Source of the DNA: Acutalibacteraceae bacterium
GTDB taxonomy: Bacteria > Bacillota > Clostridia > Oscillospirales > Acutalibacteraceae
Length of the DNA: 64,000 bases
Reading direction: 5' to 3'
Assembly (NCBI GenBank): GCA_045533655.1
Contig: JAZSIE010000002.1
Span: forward strand, 35,069 to 99,068
The notes beneath the pieces are model-generated. The model worked only from the letters and a program-made list of their open reading frames with translations, was not told where the DNA came from and searched no databases. This document shows, piece after piece, positions 34,877-45,318 of this stretch; the first letter of the stretch is position 1, and the number at the start of each line of letters is the position of its first letter. The position numbers and the translations under genes were made by a program.

Positions 34877-36958
34877 TTATTTAGCTTCTTCTAATTGAGC
34901 TTTTAATGCTTTTTCATAGTCTTCAATAGGCATTGGTCTGAAGAAGAAGTATCCTTGTGCTTCGTAGGCACCAATGCTTATAAGGAAGTCGGCCTGTTCT
35001 CTTGTTTCAACACCTTCAACAACAACTTTAAGGTCGAGTGCCTGTGCCATTGAAACGACAGATGTAAGAATTTTGCCAGCTCTCTCATCATCTTTAGACG
35101 TAGGCAAGAAGTTGATGTCGATTTTCAAAACGTCAACTTTAATGTCTTTAAGAGAGTTGAGTGAAGAGTAACCACTGCCAAAATCGTCCATAAGAACGTG
35201 GAAACCACCTTTTTGAAGGTTGGCGGTGAGCTCGATTAATTTGTGGTTGTCTGAAATAAATGAACTTTCAGTAAGTTCAAATTCAATATCTTCGTGTGGT
35301 ATGTTGTACTTATCAACAATCTTAACAATGTTAGGGAATAAGTTAGGGTCGTAAAGGTCTGCACGAGAAACGTTAACAGAAATCGGAAGAACCGGAATAC
35401 CTTCGCTACGCCATTTGTCAAGTTGTTTTGAAACAGTTTCAAAAATGTAGTAATCAAGTTCTGTGATAAATCCGTTGTTTTCAAAAATCGGAATAAAGTT
35501 TCTTGGTGAAATAAGACCTTTTTCAGGGTGAACCCAACGAACGAGCGCTTCAGAACCGATAATTCTGCCGGTTCTCATATCAACTTTAGGTTGAAGATAA
35601 ATTTTAAACTCGCCATTATCAAGAGCACGTTTCATTTCAGAAACAATTGTAATTTCTATTTCTTCTTGCTCTTTAAGTGCCTCATCAAAATAAGAAACGT
35701 GAGATTTATAATTGTTTTTAGTAGCCTTCTGTGCAACACCTGCTCTGTCGAGCATATGCCTTACAGAATATTCTGAATTCTCTGCTATGTAAATACCAAA
35801 TGAAAGTGTGATATCAAAGTTTAATGGATACATTTTTATTGCGGCAACTAAAGTGTCGATAACTCTGTTGAGCAATTCATCATTATCATAAGGAATAGAA
35901 AATGCAAATAAGTCAGAAGTTATACGGCAATATGTACCATTTTTAATAGGTTCAATAATTTCCTGAAGTTTTACGGCAATAAATTTTAAAATTGAATCGC
36001 CTTCGGAAGTGCCGAAAAGCTGGTTAATAATTTTAAAACTCTCAATGTCAAAACGGACGATTGCAAATTTCTGCTCCGCGTTTTCTTCAATTATTGTCTG
36101 CGTTTTTTCAACAAACGTATTTCTGTTAGGAATTTTGGTGAGTCTGTCAATAGATGAGAAGATTTCTAATTTTTTAATTGCTTCCATCTCATTGTTGATA
36201 TTGTTAAAAGTGAGAATTACTTTTGTTTTTATACCATTCTCAATGTAAAGTGTAAGAGCGAGACGGAACCATTCGTAAATATTGTTATCTGTAAGCATTC
36301 TTATGTTTATGTAACGCTGTGTGGTTTCGTGAACGTCACCTAAATTAAGGAATGAAACAACTGCATCCAAGTCAGGTCTATAAATAAGACCAATCATTGT
36401 TGTAGGGTCGAAAATATCAATGTTCTGAAAATCACGATGAACAAACTGAATATATTCTGGGTCAATAAAGGTATTGCCGGTTTCAAAATCATACTCTGCA
36501 GAGAATGTATTTGTCTGACGCATAACCATAGTATGACGCTCTTCTAAAGAGTTTGCAGCAGATTTAATTCTCTGGTTTTCATTTTCTCTACGTGCAAGAA
36601 TAGCTTTAACTTTTTTTACAGCATTTTGTGGATTAAATGGTTTATAAATTAAGTCTGTTGCACCAAGATCCAAAAGTCTTTCTTCTGCTTCTGGTGAATT
36701 ATCTGTTGTAGAAATTATAACAGGAATATCCGAAAAATCAGTATCTTTTATTTTCTCAAGGAAATAGAAACCATCATATTTCGGCATAATAATATCAAGA
36801 ATAACTGCGTCGATATTACCATTGTTTTCGAAAATAACATCAAGAGCTTCTTTACCGTCTGTAGCTTCTAAAATATTGAAATCAGACGAAAAAAGTTTTG
36901 CAAGTATTTTTCTATTTATTTCGGCATCATCAACAGCCAAGAGAGTTTTCTTATCCAC
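34877..36958 (-). CDS. response regulator / c-di-GMP phosphodiesterase: REC-PAS-like-degenerate GGDEF-EAL
   Basis: GTG start at 36958, 8 nt after GGAGG (the ORF track extends to 37057). REC LLAVDDA...VILDIIMPKYDG...YKPF. GGDEF position reads CRITSDLFAF. EAL motifs are intact (GSEALVRW, ELTES, DDFGSGYSSL, EGVE, QGYFFFRP). Confidence 0.85.
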   Translation of the reverse strand: MDKKTLLAVDDAEINRKILAKLFSSDFNILEATDGKEALDVIFENNGNIDAVILDIIMPKYDGFYFLEKIKDTDFSDIPVIISTTDNSPEAEERLLDLGATDLIYKPFNPQNAVKKVKAILARRENENQRIKSAANSLEERHTMVMRQTNTFSAEYDFETGNTFIDPEYIQFVHRDFQNIDIFDPTTMIGLIYRPDLDAVVSFLNLGDVHETTQRYINIRMLTDNNIYEWFRLALTLYIENGIKTKVILTFNNINNEMEAIKKLEIFSSIDRLTKIPNRNTFVEKTQTIIEENAEQKFAIVRFDIESFKIINQLFGTSEGDSILKFIAVKLQEIIEPIKNGTYCRITSDLFAFSIPYDNDELLNRVIDTLVAAIKMYPLNFDITLSFGIYIAENSEYSVRHMLDRAGVAQKATKNNYKSHVSYFDEALKEQEEIEITIVSEMKRALDNGEFKIYLQPKVDMRTGRIIGSEALVRWVHPEKGLISPRNFIPIFENNGFITELDYYIFETVSKQLDKWRSEGIPVLPISVNVSRADLYDPNLFPNIVKIVDKYNIPHEDIEFELTESSFISDNHKLIELTANLQKGGFHVLMDDFGSGYSSLNSLKDIKVDVLKIDINFLPTSKDDERAGKILTSVVSMAQALDLKVVVEGVETREQADFLISIGAYEAQGYFFFRPMPIEDYEKALKAQLEEAK

Positions 36959-36990
36959 AGAAAAAGCCTCCAGAAAATCAAAATTAATGG

Positions 36991-37008
36991 TGTTGCGTGT
37001 GTTGCGTG
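36991..37008. repeat. Tandem 9-bp direct repeat about 35 nt upstream of the REC-GGDEF*-EAL start
   Basis: tgttgcgtg tgttgcgtg, two perfect copies. Confidence 0.6.
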
Positions 37009-37352
37009 TTAAAGATAAACAACAAAAACAACGAAAATCGTTGAAAAAACATAACAATATATGGTGATTGTTGCATTACATAATGCTACATATGGAAAAA
37101 CACACAAAAACACCCTACAATACAAGACTAATCTAACATATTTTACTAAAAAAATCAATAGGAAATCCCAAAATTTTGATAGGAATTCACGAAAAAGTTT
37201 CGAAAGAATGATAAACAACAAGGTGTTGGTGTTTTATATCGATTAATAAAGACGTATATGCAACAAAAAATGAATAATATGTATAAAAAAATGTATAAAT
37301 ATGCGAAAATAAGGTGAAGTTTAACAAAAATATAAATATTTATGAAAAGGTG

Positions 37353-37381
37353 TTGACAAACGCAGTGTAAAGTTGTAATAT
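37353..37381 (+). promoter_or_regulatory. Candidate sigma-A promoter of the arg operon
   Basis: TTGACA (37353-37358), 17-nt spacer, TAATAT (37376-37381). Confidence 0.55.
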
Positions 37382-37394
37382 TATGCACACAGAA

Positions 37395-37408
37395 TGAATA
37401 TTTTTTCA
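37395..37408. promoter_or_regulatory. ARG-box-like operator (ArgR/AhrC)
   Basis: TGAATATTTTTTCA versus the consensus TGAATwwwwATTCA (1 mismatch); just downstream of the -10. Confidence 0.4.
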
Positions 37409-37434
37409 AAAACGATTTTTGGAGGCAATATAAA

Positions 37435-38667
37435 ATGGATAAGAAAAACATTAAAAAAGTAGTATTAGCTTACTCAGGTGGTCTTGATACATCAATTATT
37501 ATTCCTTGGCTTAAAGAAAACTATAATAACTGCGAAGTTATTGCAGTTTCAGGTAACGTTGGTCAGGCAAGTGAATTAGAGGGTCTTGAAGAAAAAGCTC
37601 TTAAAACAGGTGCTTCAAAGCTTTACGTTGAAGACCTTACAAAAGAATTTATAGAAGATTACGTTTTCCCTTGCGTTCAGGCTGGTGCAAAATATGAAGA
37701 ATACCTTTTGGGTACAGCATTTGCTCGTCCATCAATTGGTAAAAGAGTTGCAGAAATCGCTTTACAGGAAGGCGCAGATGCAATTTGTCACGGTTGCACA
37801 GGTAAAGGTAATGACCAGGTTCGTTTTGAACTTGCTATTAAAGCTTTTGCACCAGATATGCCGATTATTGCTCCTTGGAGAGAGTGGGATATTAAATCTC
37901 GTGAAGAAGAAATTGATTACGCAGAAGCACACAACGTTCCACTTAAAATAAGCAGAGAAACAAACTATTCTAAAGATAAAAACATCTGGCACCTTTCTCA
38001 CGAAGGTCTTGACCTTGAAGACCCAATGAATGAGCCACTTTATAATAAAGAAGGCTTCTTAGAAATGGGCGTTTCACCAGAAATGGCTCCAGATAAACCG
38101 ACTTACGTTACAATTCACTTTGAAAAAGGCGTTCCAACAGCTATTGATGGTAAAGATATGGGTTCAGTTGAAATAGTTGAAAAACTCAACGAACTCGGCG
38201 GTGCAAACGGTATCGGTCTTCTTGATATCGTTGAAAACAGACTTGTTGGTATGAAATGCCGTGGTGTTTATGAAACTCCAGGTGGTGCAATTCTTTACAA
38301 GGCTCACGAAGTTCTTGAAACAATCTGTCTCGATAAAGAAACTGCTCACTACAAAGCACTCGTTGCACAGAAGTTAGCAGAACTCGTTTACAATGCACAA
38401 TGGTTCACACCACTTACAGAAGCAATTTTAGCTTTCGTTAAGAGTACACAACAAACTGTAACAGGTGACGTTACTCTTAAACTCTATAAAGGTAATATGA
38501 TTAATGCAGGTGTTAAATCTCCATTCTCACTTTACGACCCTGAAATTGCTACATTTGATGAAGATGAAGTTTACGACCAGAAAGATTCAGCTGGTTTCAT
38601 TAACCTTTATGGTCTTCCAATCAAAGTTATGGCAAAAATGAAAGAGAAAAACGGTTTAGATAAATAA
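37435..38667 (+). CDS. argG: argininosuccinate synthase
   Basis: 410 aa. AYSGGLDTS and [13 protein letters not shown]. Confidence 0.95.
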   Translation: MDKKNIKKVVLAYSGGLDTSIIIPWLKENYNNCEVIAVSGNVGQASELEGLEEKALKTGASKLYVEDLTKEFIEDYVFPCVQAGAKYEEYLLGTAFARPSIGKRVAEIALQEGADAICHGCTGKGNDQVRFELAIKAFAPDMPIIAPWREWDIKSREEEIDYAEAHNVPLKISRETNYSKDKNIWHLSHEGLDLEDPMNEPLYNKEGFLEMGVSPEMAPDKPTYVTIHFEKGVPTAIDGKDMGSVEIVEKLNELGGANGIGLLDIVENRLVGMKCRGVYETPGGAILYKAHEVLETICLDKETAHYKALVAQKLAELVYNAQWFTPLTEAILAFVKSTQQTVTGDVTLKLYKGNMINAGVKSPFSLYDPEIATFDEDEVYDQKDSAGFINLYGLPIKVMAKMKEKNGLDK

Positions 38668-38729
38668 TTAGTATTAGCCACTGATTAGCAATAATCAGTG
38701 GTTAACGATTTGAAAGGACTTTTATTATT

Positions 38730-40121
38730 ATGGATAAAATGTGGGCAGGAAGATTTAGTAAGGCTTTAAATAAAGAAGCAGATGACTTTAATTCTTCCAT
38801 TCACTTTGATAGTAAAATGTATGTGCAAGATATAAAAGGTTCAATAGCACACGCTTCAATGCTTGTAAAACAAGGTATTATTTCTAAAGAAGATTTTAAC
38901 GAAATTACAGATGGTCTTTCTTCAATTTGTGATGACATTACAAGCGGAAAACTTCCTATTGATATGGACGCAGAAGATATTCATATGTTTGTTGAAGCAG
39001 AACTTACAAAACGTAAAGGTGACGTTGGTAAAAGGCTTCATACAGCACGTAGCAGAAATGATCAGGTTGCTTTAGATATTCGTCTTTATTTAAGAGATGA
39101 AGCGGTAGAAGTAAATGAACTTTTATATAATTTAATAGAAGCAATTTTAGAACAGGCTAAGAAAAATCAAGATGCAATTATGCCTGGTTACACCCATCTT
39201 CAAAGAGCACAGCCTATTACCTTTAGTCACCATCTTTTAGCGTATGCTATGATGTTTATCCGTGATGCAGGTCGTCTTTCAGATGCAGTAAAAAGAATGA
39301 ATTATTCGCCACTTGGTTCTTGTGCACTTTCTGGTACTACGTATAATACCGACAGAGAATTTGTAGCAAAAGAATTAGGTTTTTACGGAATTACACAAAA
39401 CAGTATAGACGGCGTTTCTGACAGAGATTTTTGTGTTGAGCTTCTTTCTTGTTTCAGTTTAATTATGATGCATCTTTCAAGATTTTCAGAAGAAGTTATT
39501 TTGTGGAGTTCTTGGGAATTCAAATTCGTTGAATTAGATGACTCATACACAACTGTTTCAAGTATTAAGCCACAGAAAAAGAATCCTGATATGGCAGAAT
39601 TAGTAAGGGGTAAAACAGGTAGAGTTTACGGCGATTTAATGTCACTTTTAACTGCGTTAAAGGGTTTACCACTTGCTTACAACAAAGATATGCAAGAAGA
39701 TAAAGAAGCAATTTTTGATGGTATTGAAACTGTTAAAAAATGCCTTAGTATTTTTGCACCGATGATTTCTACAATGGTTGCTTTAAAAGATAATATGTAT
39801 AAAGCGGCACAAAAGGGATTTATAAATGCAACAGATTTGGCAGACTACCTTGTTAAAAAAGGTCTTCCTTTCCGTTCTGCCTACAAAATCGTAGGTCAGA
39901 TTGTTGCAAAATGTATTGATGAAAATATAGTTCTTGATAATATGGAACTTTCAGAATATCAGAAAATCAGCGAGTTATTCCAAGAAGATTTATATGAAGA
40001 AATTTCACTTGAAACTTGTATTAAAAAGAGAATTTCTGCTGGTTCAACTGGTTACGAGTCAGTAGAAAAACAAATAGAATACGTTACGGAGTTTATAAAT
40101 GGCAAAAAAGATATTTATTGA
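38730..40121 (+). CDS. argH: argininosuccinate lyase (with an atypical SS-loop signature)
   Basis: 463 aa, full-length fumarate-lyase fold (SRNDQV, HLQRAQP). The signature loop reads VSSIKPQKKNPD instead of GSSxMPQKKNPD. Confidence 0.9.
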   Translation: MDKMWAGRFSKALNKEADDFNSSIHFDSKMYVQDIKGSIAHASMLVKQGIISKEDFNEITDGLSSICDDITSGKLPIDMDAEDIHMFVEAELTKRKGDVGKRLHTARSRNDQVALDIRLYLRDEAVEVNELLYNLIEAILEQAKKNQDAIMPGYTHLQRAQPITFSHHLLAYAMMFIRDAGRLSDAVKRMNYSPLGSCALSGTTYNTDREFVAKELGFYGITQNSIDGVSDRDFCVELLSCFSLIMMHLSRFSEEVILWSSWEFKFVELDDSYTTVSSIKPQKKNPDMAELVRGKTGRVYGDLMSLLTALKGLPLAYNKDMQEDKEAIFDGIETVKKCLSIFAPMISTMVALKDNMYKAAQKGFINATDLADYLVKKGLPFRSAYKIVGQIVAKCIDENIVLDNMELSEYQKISELFQEDLYEEISLETCIKKRISAGSTGYESVEKQIEYVTEFINGKKDIY

Positions 40122-41037
40122 TGGTAAAGCGGGTACTACCGGTCTTAGAATTTTTGAAAGACTTGAAAATTTCAAAGGTATTGAAATAATCACTCTTTCT
40201 GATGAAAAAAGAAAAGATTTAAGTGCGAGAAAAGAAGCACTCAATAGTGCGGATATTGCATTCTTATGTCTTCCTGATGATGCGGCAAGAGAGTCTGTAA
40301 GTTTAATCGAAAATGACAACACGGTTGTAATTGATACTTCAACTGCTCACAGAACTGACGAAACTTTCGCTTATGGTTTCCCTGAACTTTCAGAAAATCA
40401 TAGAGAAAAATTAAAAAACAGTAAAAGAATTGCAGTTCCGGGTTGCCACGCAAGTGGTTTTATAGCACTTGTTTATCCGCTTGTTGAAGCCGGTGTTTTA
40501 AGTAAGTCAGAAAATCTTTCTTGTTTTTCACTTACTGGTTACTCCGGTGGCGGTAAAAAGATGATTGCAGAGTACGAAGATGCAGAAAGAGACGTGCTTT
40601 TAGATGCTCCGAGACAATATGGTCTTACTCAACAACACAAGCATTTAAAAGAGATGAAAGCAATCAGTGGTATTGAAAATGCTCCCGTGTTCTGTCCGGT
40701 TGTTGCACCATTTTATTCTGGTATGGAAGTGACTGTACCGATTTTTAAGAGTATGTTAAAAGATGGTACTACACTCGACGATATAAAAAATATTTATAAA
40801 AAGAAATATAATGGTCCTATTGTTAGTTTTGTTGATGAAAACGATGAAGCGGGATTTATTTCTGCTAATGCTTATTCAGATTTAGACTCAATGGAAATTG
40901 CAGTTTTCGGTAACGAAGAACGAATTATTTTAACTGCAAGATATGACAATTTAGGTAAAGGTGCTTCGGGTGCCGCAATAGAATGTCTTAATATCGTTTT
41001 AGGGCAAGATGAAACAACAGGTTTAGTTGTAAAATAA
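40099..41037 (+). CDS. argC: N-acetyl-gamma-glutamyl-phosphate reductase (short type)
   Basis: 312 aa. GKAGTTG N-terminus and PGCHASG active-site Cys region. Overlaps the argH 3' end. Confidence 0.9.
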   Translation: MAKKIFIDGKAGTTGLRIFERLENFKGIEIITLSDEKRKDLSARKEALNSADIAFLCLPDDAARESVSLIENDNTVVIDTSTAHRTDETFAYGFPELSENHREKLKNSKRIAVPGCHASGFIALVYPLVEAGVLSKSENLSCFSLTGYSGGGKKMIAEYEDAERDVLLDAPRQYGLTQQHKHLKEMKAISGIENAPVFCPVVAPFYSGMEVTVPIFKSMLKDGTTLDDIKNIYKKKYNGPIVSFVDENDEAGFISANAYSDLDSMEIAVFGNEERIILTARYDNLGKGASGAAIECLNIVLGQDETTGLVVK

Positions 41038-41059
41038 TCTCATTCAGGAGAAAGTAATT

Positions 41060-42271
41060 ATGGAAATTATAAATGGCGGTATTTGTGCCGCACAAGGTTT
41101 TACTGCTGGTGGTATTCACTGTGGTATAAGAAAGAATAAAACAAAAAAAGATTTAAGTTTGATTTTCAGTGAAAAGAGAGCGGCTGCAGCGGCAGTTTAT
41201 ACAACAAACTTAGTTAAAGGTGCTCCGCTTGTAGTAACTAAAAATCATATTGCTGACGGCTTTGCTCAGGCAGTTATCTGCAATAGTGGTAACGCTAATA
41301 CTTGTAATGCAAATGGTATTGAAATTGCAGAGGGTATGAGTAAATTAGTTGCAGATACAATGAACATCAAAGAAAATGACGTTGTTGTTGCTTCAACTGG
41401 TGTTATTGGTCAGCCACTTGATATTGAACCAATAAAAAATGGTATGGACGAACTTAAAAATTCTTTAGGTAATAACAGTCTTGATGCCGCAGAAGGTATT
41501 ATGACAACCGATACAGTCGTAAAAGAAATTGCAGTTTCTTTTGATATCGGCGGTGTAGAGTGTAAAATCGGCGGTATTGCAAAAGGTTCTGGTATGATTC
41601 ATCCTAATATGGCTACAATGCTTGTGTTTATCACAACCGACTGCGCTATCTCTCCAGAAATGTTACAAAAAGCACTTTCTACCGATATAAAAAATACTTT
41701 TAATATGGTCAGTGTTGATGGTGATACTTCAACAAACGATATGGTTACAGTTCTTGCTAATGGTATGGCAGGTAATAAAGAAATTACTTGTGACGGTGAA
41801 GATTTTGAGACGTTTATGAAAGCACTCAACACAATTACAGTTCACCTTTGCAGAATGATTGCTGGTGACGGCGAAGGTGCTACAAAACTTCTTGAATGTC
41901 AGGTTAATGGTGCAAAGAGTGAAGATATAGCAAAGACGGTTGCAAAGAGTGTTATTTGTTCATCACTCACAAAAGCGGCTATGTTCGGTGCAGATGCAAA
42001 CTGGGGCAGAGTGCTTTGTGCTATTGGTTATAGCGGTGCAGACGTTGACGTTACTAAAATTGACGTTTCATTTATTTCTGATAAAGGCGAAATTTTAGTT
42101 TGCAAAGATGGTGCAGGCGTAGATTTCTCTGAAGAAAAAGCAAAAGAAATTCTTTTGGAAAAAGAAATCATTACAAAAATTGAGTTGAATGATGGTGCTT
42201 CTTCTGCTACTGCATGGGGTTGCGATTTAACTTACGAATATGTAAAAATCAACGGAGATTACAGAACATGA
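41060..42271 (+). CDS. argJ: bifunctional ornithine acetyltransferase / N-acetylglutamate synthase
   Basis: 403 aa. ATMLVFITTD autoprocessing site and C-terminal GCDLTYEYVKINGDYRT. Confidence 0.93.
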   Translation: MEIINGGICAAQGFTAGGIHCGIRKNKTKKDLSLIFSEKRAAAAAVYTTNLVKGAPLVVTKNHIADGFAQAVICNSGNANTCNANGIEIAEGMSKLVADTMNIKENDVVVASTGVIGQPLDIEPIKNGMDELKNSLGNNSLDAAEGIMTTDTVVKEIAVSFDIGGVECKIGGIAKGSGMIHPNMATMLVFITTDCAISPEMLQKALSTDIKNTFNMVSVDGDTSTNDMVTVLANGMAGNKEITCDGEDFETFMKALNTITVHLCRMIAGDGEGATKLLECQVNGAKSEDIAKTVAKSVICSSLTKAAMFGADANWGRVLCAIGYSGADVDVTKIDVSFISDKGEILVCKDGAGVDFSEEKAKEILLEKEIITKIELNDGASSATAWGCDLTYEYVKINGDYRT

Positions 42272-43149
42272 TAGATAAAAGCGTTACAAATTTAGATAGA
42301 GCAGAAATTCTTACACAGGCTTTGCCATACATACAAAAATATCACGAAAAAATAATCGTTGTAAAATACGGCGGTAATGCTATGGTGAGCGAAGAATTAA
42401 AACAACAGGTTATGGAAGATATTGTTCTTCTTCACCTTATTGGTGTTAAGGTTGTTTTAGTTCACGGCGGTGGTCCTGAAATTACAGAGACTTTAAACAG
42501 AATAGGCAAAGAAAGTCAGTTCGTTGACGGGCTTCGTGTTACAGATAAAGAGACTGCTGACGTAGTGCAAATGGTTCTTGCTGGTAAAATCAATAAATCA
42601 CTCGTTAATCTTATTCAGATTAAGGGTGGCAAAGCTATTGGTATTTCTGGTCTCGATGGTCATATGATTGAAGCAGAAGTAAAAGACGAGAGACTCGGAT
42701 TTGTCGGCAGAATTACAAACGTTGACGTAACTCCTGTTTTAGACGTTCTTGAAAAAGGTTACATTCCGGTTGTTTCGACTATCGGTTGCGATAATGAAGG
42801 TAACGTTTATAACATAAATGCAGACACAGCGGCTTCATATATTGCGGGTGCTATGAATGCTACAAGACTTATTTCTATGACAGATATTGCAGGCGTTTTA
42901 AAAGATAAAGACGACCCGAATTCTATTATAAAATGCATCAATATTGAAGATGCACAAAAACTTTTTGAAACTGGTGTTATTTCGGGTGGTATGATTCCGA
43001 AAGTTGAATGTTGCATTGACGCCATAAGAAAAGGTGTAGAAAAAGTTATTATTATGGATGGCAGAATTCCACACTCAATTCTTATAGAGTTACTTACAGA
43101 CGAAGGTGCCGGTACAATGGTTACAGAAGAATATGACGACGAGAGATAA
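42268..43149 (+). CDS. argB: acetylglutamate kinase
   Basis: ATGA overlap with the argJ stop (the ORF track starts at 42214). VVKYGGNAM, VHGGGP and NINADTAA. Confidence 0.93.
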   Translation: MIDKSVTNLDRAEILTQALPYIQKYHEKIIVVKYGGNAMVSEELKQQVMEDIVLLHLIGVKVVLVHGGGPEITETLNRIGKESQFVDGLRVTDKETADVVQMVLAGKINKSLVNLIQIKGGKAIGISGLDGHMIEAEVKDERLGFVGRITNVDVTPVLDVLEKGYIPVVSTIGCDNEGNVYNINADTAASYIAGAMNATRLISMTDIAGVLKDKDDPNSIIKCINIEDAQKLFETGVISGGMIPKVECCIDAIRKGVEKVIIMDGRIPHSILIELLTDEGAGTMVTEEYDDER

Positions 43150-43160
43150 GGGGTATTATT

Positions 43161-44327
43161 ATGAGCATCAAGGAGAAAGACCAGTATTATATTGCCAATA
43201 CTTATGCGAGATTTCCTATTGAAATTGTTTCTGGTAAAGGTTCAACTGTTGTTGACAGTGATGGTAAAGAATATATTGATATGGGTAGCGGTATTGCGGT
43301 TAATATTTTTGGAATGTGTGACGAAGAATGGACTTCGGCGGTTGCAAAGCAGTTAAGCGTTTGTCAGCATACTTCAAACCTTTATTATTCAGAACCTTGT
43401 GTGAAACTTGCGGAACTTCTTTGCGAAAAAACAGGTATGAAAAAGGTGTTTTTCGGTAATTCTGGGGCAGAAGCAAACGAAGGTGCAATTAAAACTGCAA
43501 GAAAATATGCTTATGAGAAAAAAGGTAAGGAATATTATAAAATCTTAACTCTTAATAACAGTTTCCACGGCAGAACAATTACAACTCTTGCGGCAACTGG
43601 TCAAGATGTATTCCACAATGACTTTTTACCACTTACAGACGGTTTTGTTTACACAGATGCTAACGACGTAGAAATGCTTAAAAAAGTAGTTTCAGAAAAT
43701 AAGTTAGCGGCTATTATGTTTGAAACTGTTCAGGGTGAAGGCGGGGTTGTGCCACTCACCCAGGAGTTCGTGAATGCAATAAAAGATATTTGTGAAAAAG
43801 AAGATATTTTGATGATTGTTGACGAAGTTCAGACCGGTAACGGTAGAACAGGTAAACTTTTTGGTTATATGCATTATGGAATTACTCCGGATATTGTTAC
43901 AACTGCAAAAGGTTTAGGCGGTGGTCTTCCCATAGGTGCTGTTATGATGGGTGAAAAAACGAAAGACGTTTTAACAAGTGGTACTCACGGCTCAACTTTT
44001 GGTGGTAACCCGGTTTCATGTGCTGGTGCGGTTAACGTAATTTCACGCCTCACTTACGGATTTTTAGAAGACGTAAACAGAAAGTCGAAATATATAATTG
44101 ATGAACTTAAAAATACAGATGGTGTTAAAAGTGTTACAGGTCTTGGCCTTATGCTTGGTATTGAGACTGAAAAAGATGCTTCTGAAGTAATTAAAATTTG
44201 TCAGGAGAACGGCGTTCTTCCTATAAAAGCAAAAAATAAAGTGAGACTTTTACCACCACTTAATATTACAGATGATGAATTAATTAAGGCAATAAGCGTT
44301 ATAAAGAAAGCAGTAAAGGTAGGGTAA
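43161..44327 (+). CDS. argD: acetylornithine aminotransferase
   Basis: 388 aa, class III aminotransferase. GAEANEGAIK, DEVQTG and TTAKGLGGG (PLP Lys). Confidence 0.92.
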   Translation: MSIKEKDQYYIANTYARFPIEIVSGKGSTVVDSDGKEYIDMGSGIAVNIFGMCDEEWTSAVAKQLSVCQHTSNLYYSEPCVKLAELLCEKTGMKKVFFGNSGAEANEGAIKTARKYAYEKKGKEYYKILTLNNSFHGRTITTLAATGQDVFHNDFLPLTDGFVYTDANDVEMLKKVVSENKLAAIMFETVQGEGGVVPLTQEFVNAIKDICEKEDILMIVDEVQTGNGRTGKLFGYMHYGITPDIVTTAKGLGGGLPIGAVMMGEKTKDVLTSGTHGSTFGGNPVSCAGAVNVISRLTYGFLEDVNRKSKYIIDELKNTDGVKSVTGLGLMLGIETEKDASEVIKICQENGVLPIKAKNKVRLLPPLNITDDELIKAISVIKKAVKVG

Positions 44328-44331
44328 CTAA

Positions 44332-45318
44332 ATGGATTTAAAAGGAAGAGATTTTTTAAAGCTTCTTGATTATAAAAGTGAAGAAATTGAATATCTTATA
44401 GACCTTGCGGCAGAACTTAAAGAAAAGAAGAAAAAGGGCATTCCTCACGAAGAATTAAAAGGTAAAAATATTGCTCTTATATTTGAAAAAACAAGCACAA
44501 GAACACGTTGTAGTTTTGAAGTTGCGGCAAGAGATTTAGGAATGGGCGTTACTTACCTTGACCCATCTGCTTCACAAATAGGCAGAAAAGAGAGTATTGC
44601 CGACACAGCAAGAGTTCTTTCTTCAATTTATGACGGTATAGAATATCGTGGTTATGGGCAAGAAGTAGTTGAAGAATTAGCAAGATTTTCAAGAGTTCCG
44701 GTCTGGAATGGTCTTACTAACGAATTTCACCCAACACAGATTTTAGCTGATTTTCTTACAATTAAAGAAAAATTTGGTAAGTTAAAGGGTATAAACTTCG
44801 TTTATTTAGGCGATGCAAGATACAATATGGGCAACTCTTTAATGGTAGGTTGTGCAAAAATGGGTATGAACTTCGTTGCTTGTGCACCTAAAAAATATTT
44901 CCCTGACACAGACCTTGTAGGCGAATGTAAAAAAATTGCAAAGCAGACTGGTGCTACTCTTACTTTCTCAGAAGACCCTGTTTCTGCAGTTAAAAATGCC
45001 GACGTTGTTTACACGGACGTGTGGGTTTCAATGGGTGAGCCAGAACTTGTGTGGGCAGAAAGAATTAACGATTTGTCAGATTATCAGGTGAATAAAGAGT
45101 TGATGTCACACACAGGTAAAGATACAATTTTTATGCATTGTCTCCCATCTTACCACGATAAAAAGACAGAAATTGGTAAAAAAATCTGCGACAAATTCAA
45201 CAGAACTGCAGTTGAAGTTACCGACGACGTTTTTGAAAGCGAACAGTCAGTTGTTTTTGAAGAAGCAGAAAACAGAATGCACACAATTAAGGCGGTTATG
45301 CTTGCGACGCTTAAATAG
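44332..45318 (+). CDS. argF: ornithine carbamoyltransferase
   Basis: 328 aa. [13 protein letters not shown] and HCLP motifs. Confidence 0.95.
   Translation: MDLKGRDFLKLLDYKSEEIEYLIDLAAELKEKKKKGIPHEELKGKNIALIFEKTSTRTRCSFEVAARDLGMGVTYLDPSASQIGRKESIADTARVLSSIYDGIEYRGYGQEVVEELARFSRVPVWNGLTNEFHPTQILADFLTIKEKFGKLKGINFVYLGDARYNMGNSLMVGCAKMGMNFVACAPKKYFPDTDLVGECKKIAKQTGATLTFSEDPVSAVKNADVVYTDVWVSMGEPELVWAERINDLSDYQVNKELMSHTGKDTIFMHCLPSYHDKKTEIGKKICDKFNRTAVEVTDDVFESEQSVVFEEAENRMHTIKAVMLATLK

Noticed and set aside
37009-37451. Several 60-98 aa ORFs in the AT-rich intergenic region upstream of argG
   Set aside because: Their translations are low-complexity (Phe/Ile/Tyr/Cys-rich). They overlap one another on both strands, have no RBS, and the region contains the arg promoter and operator.
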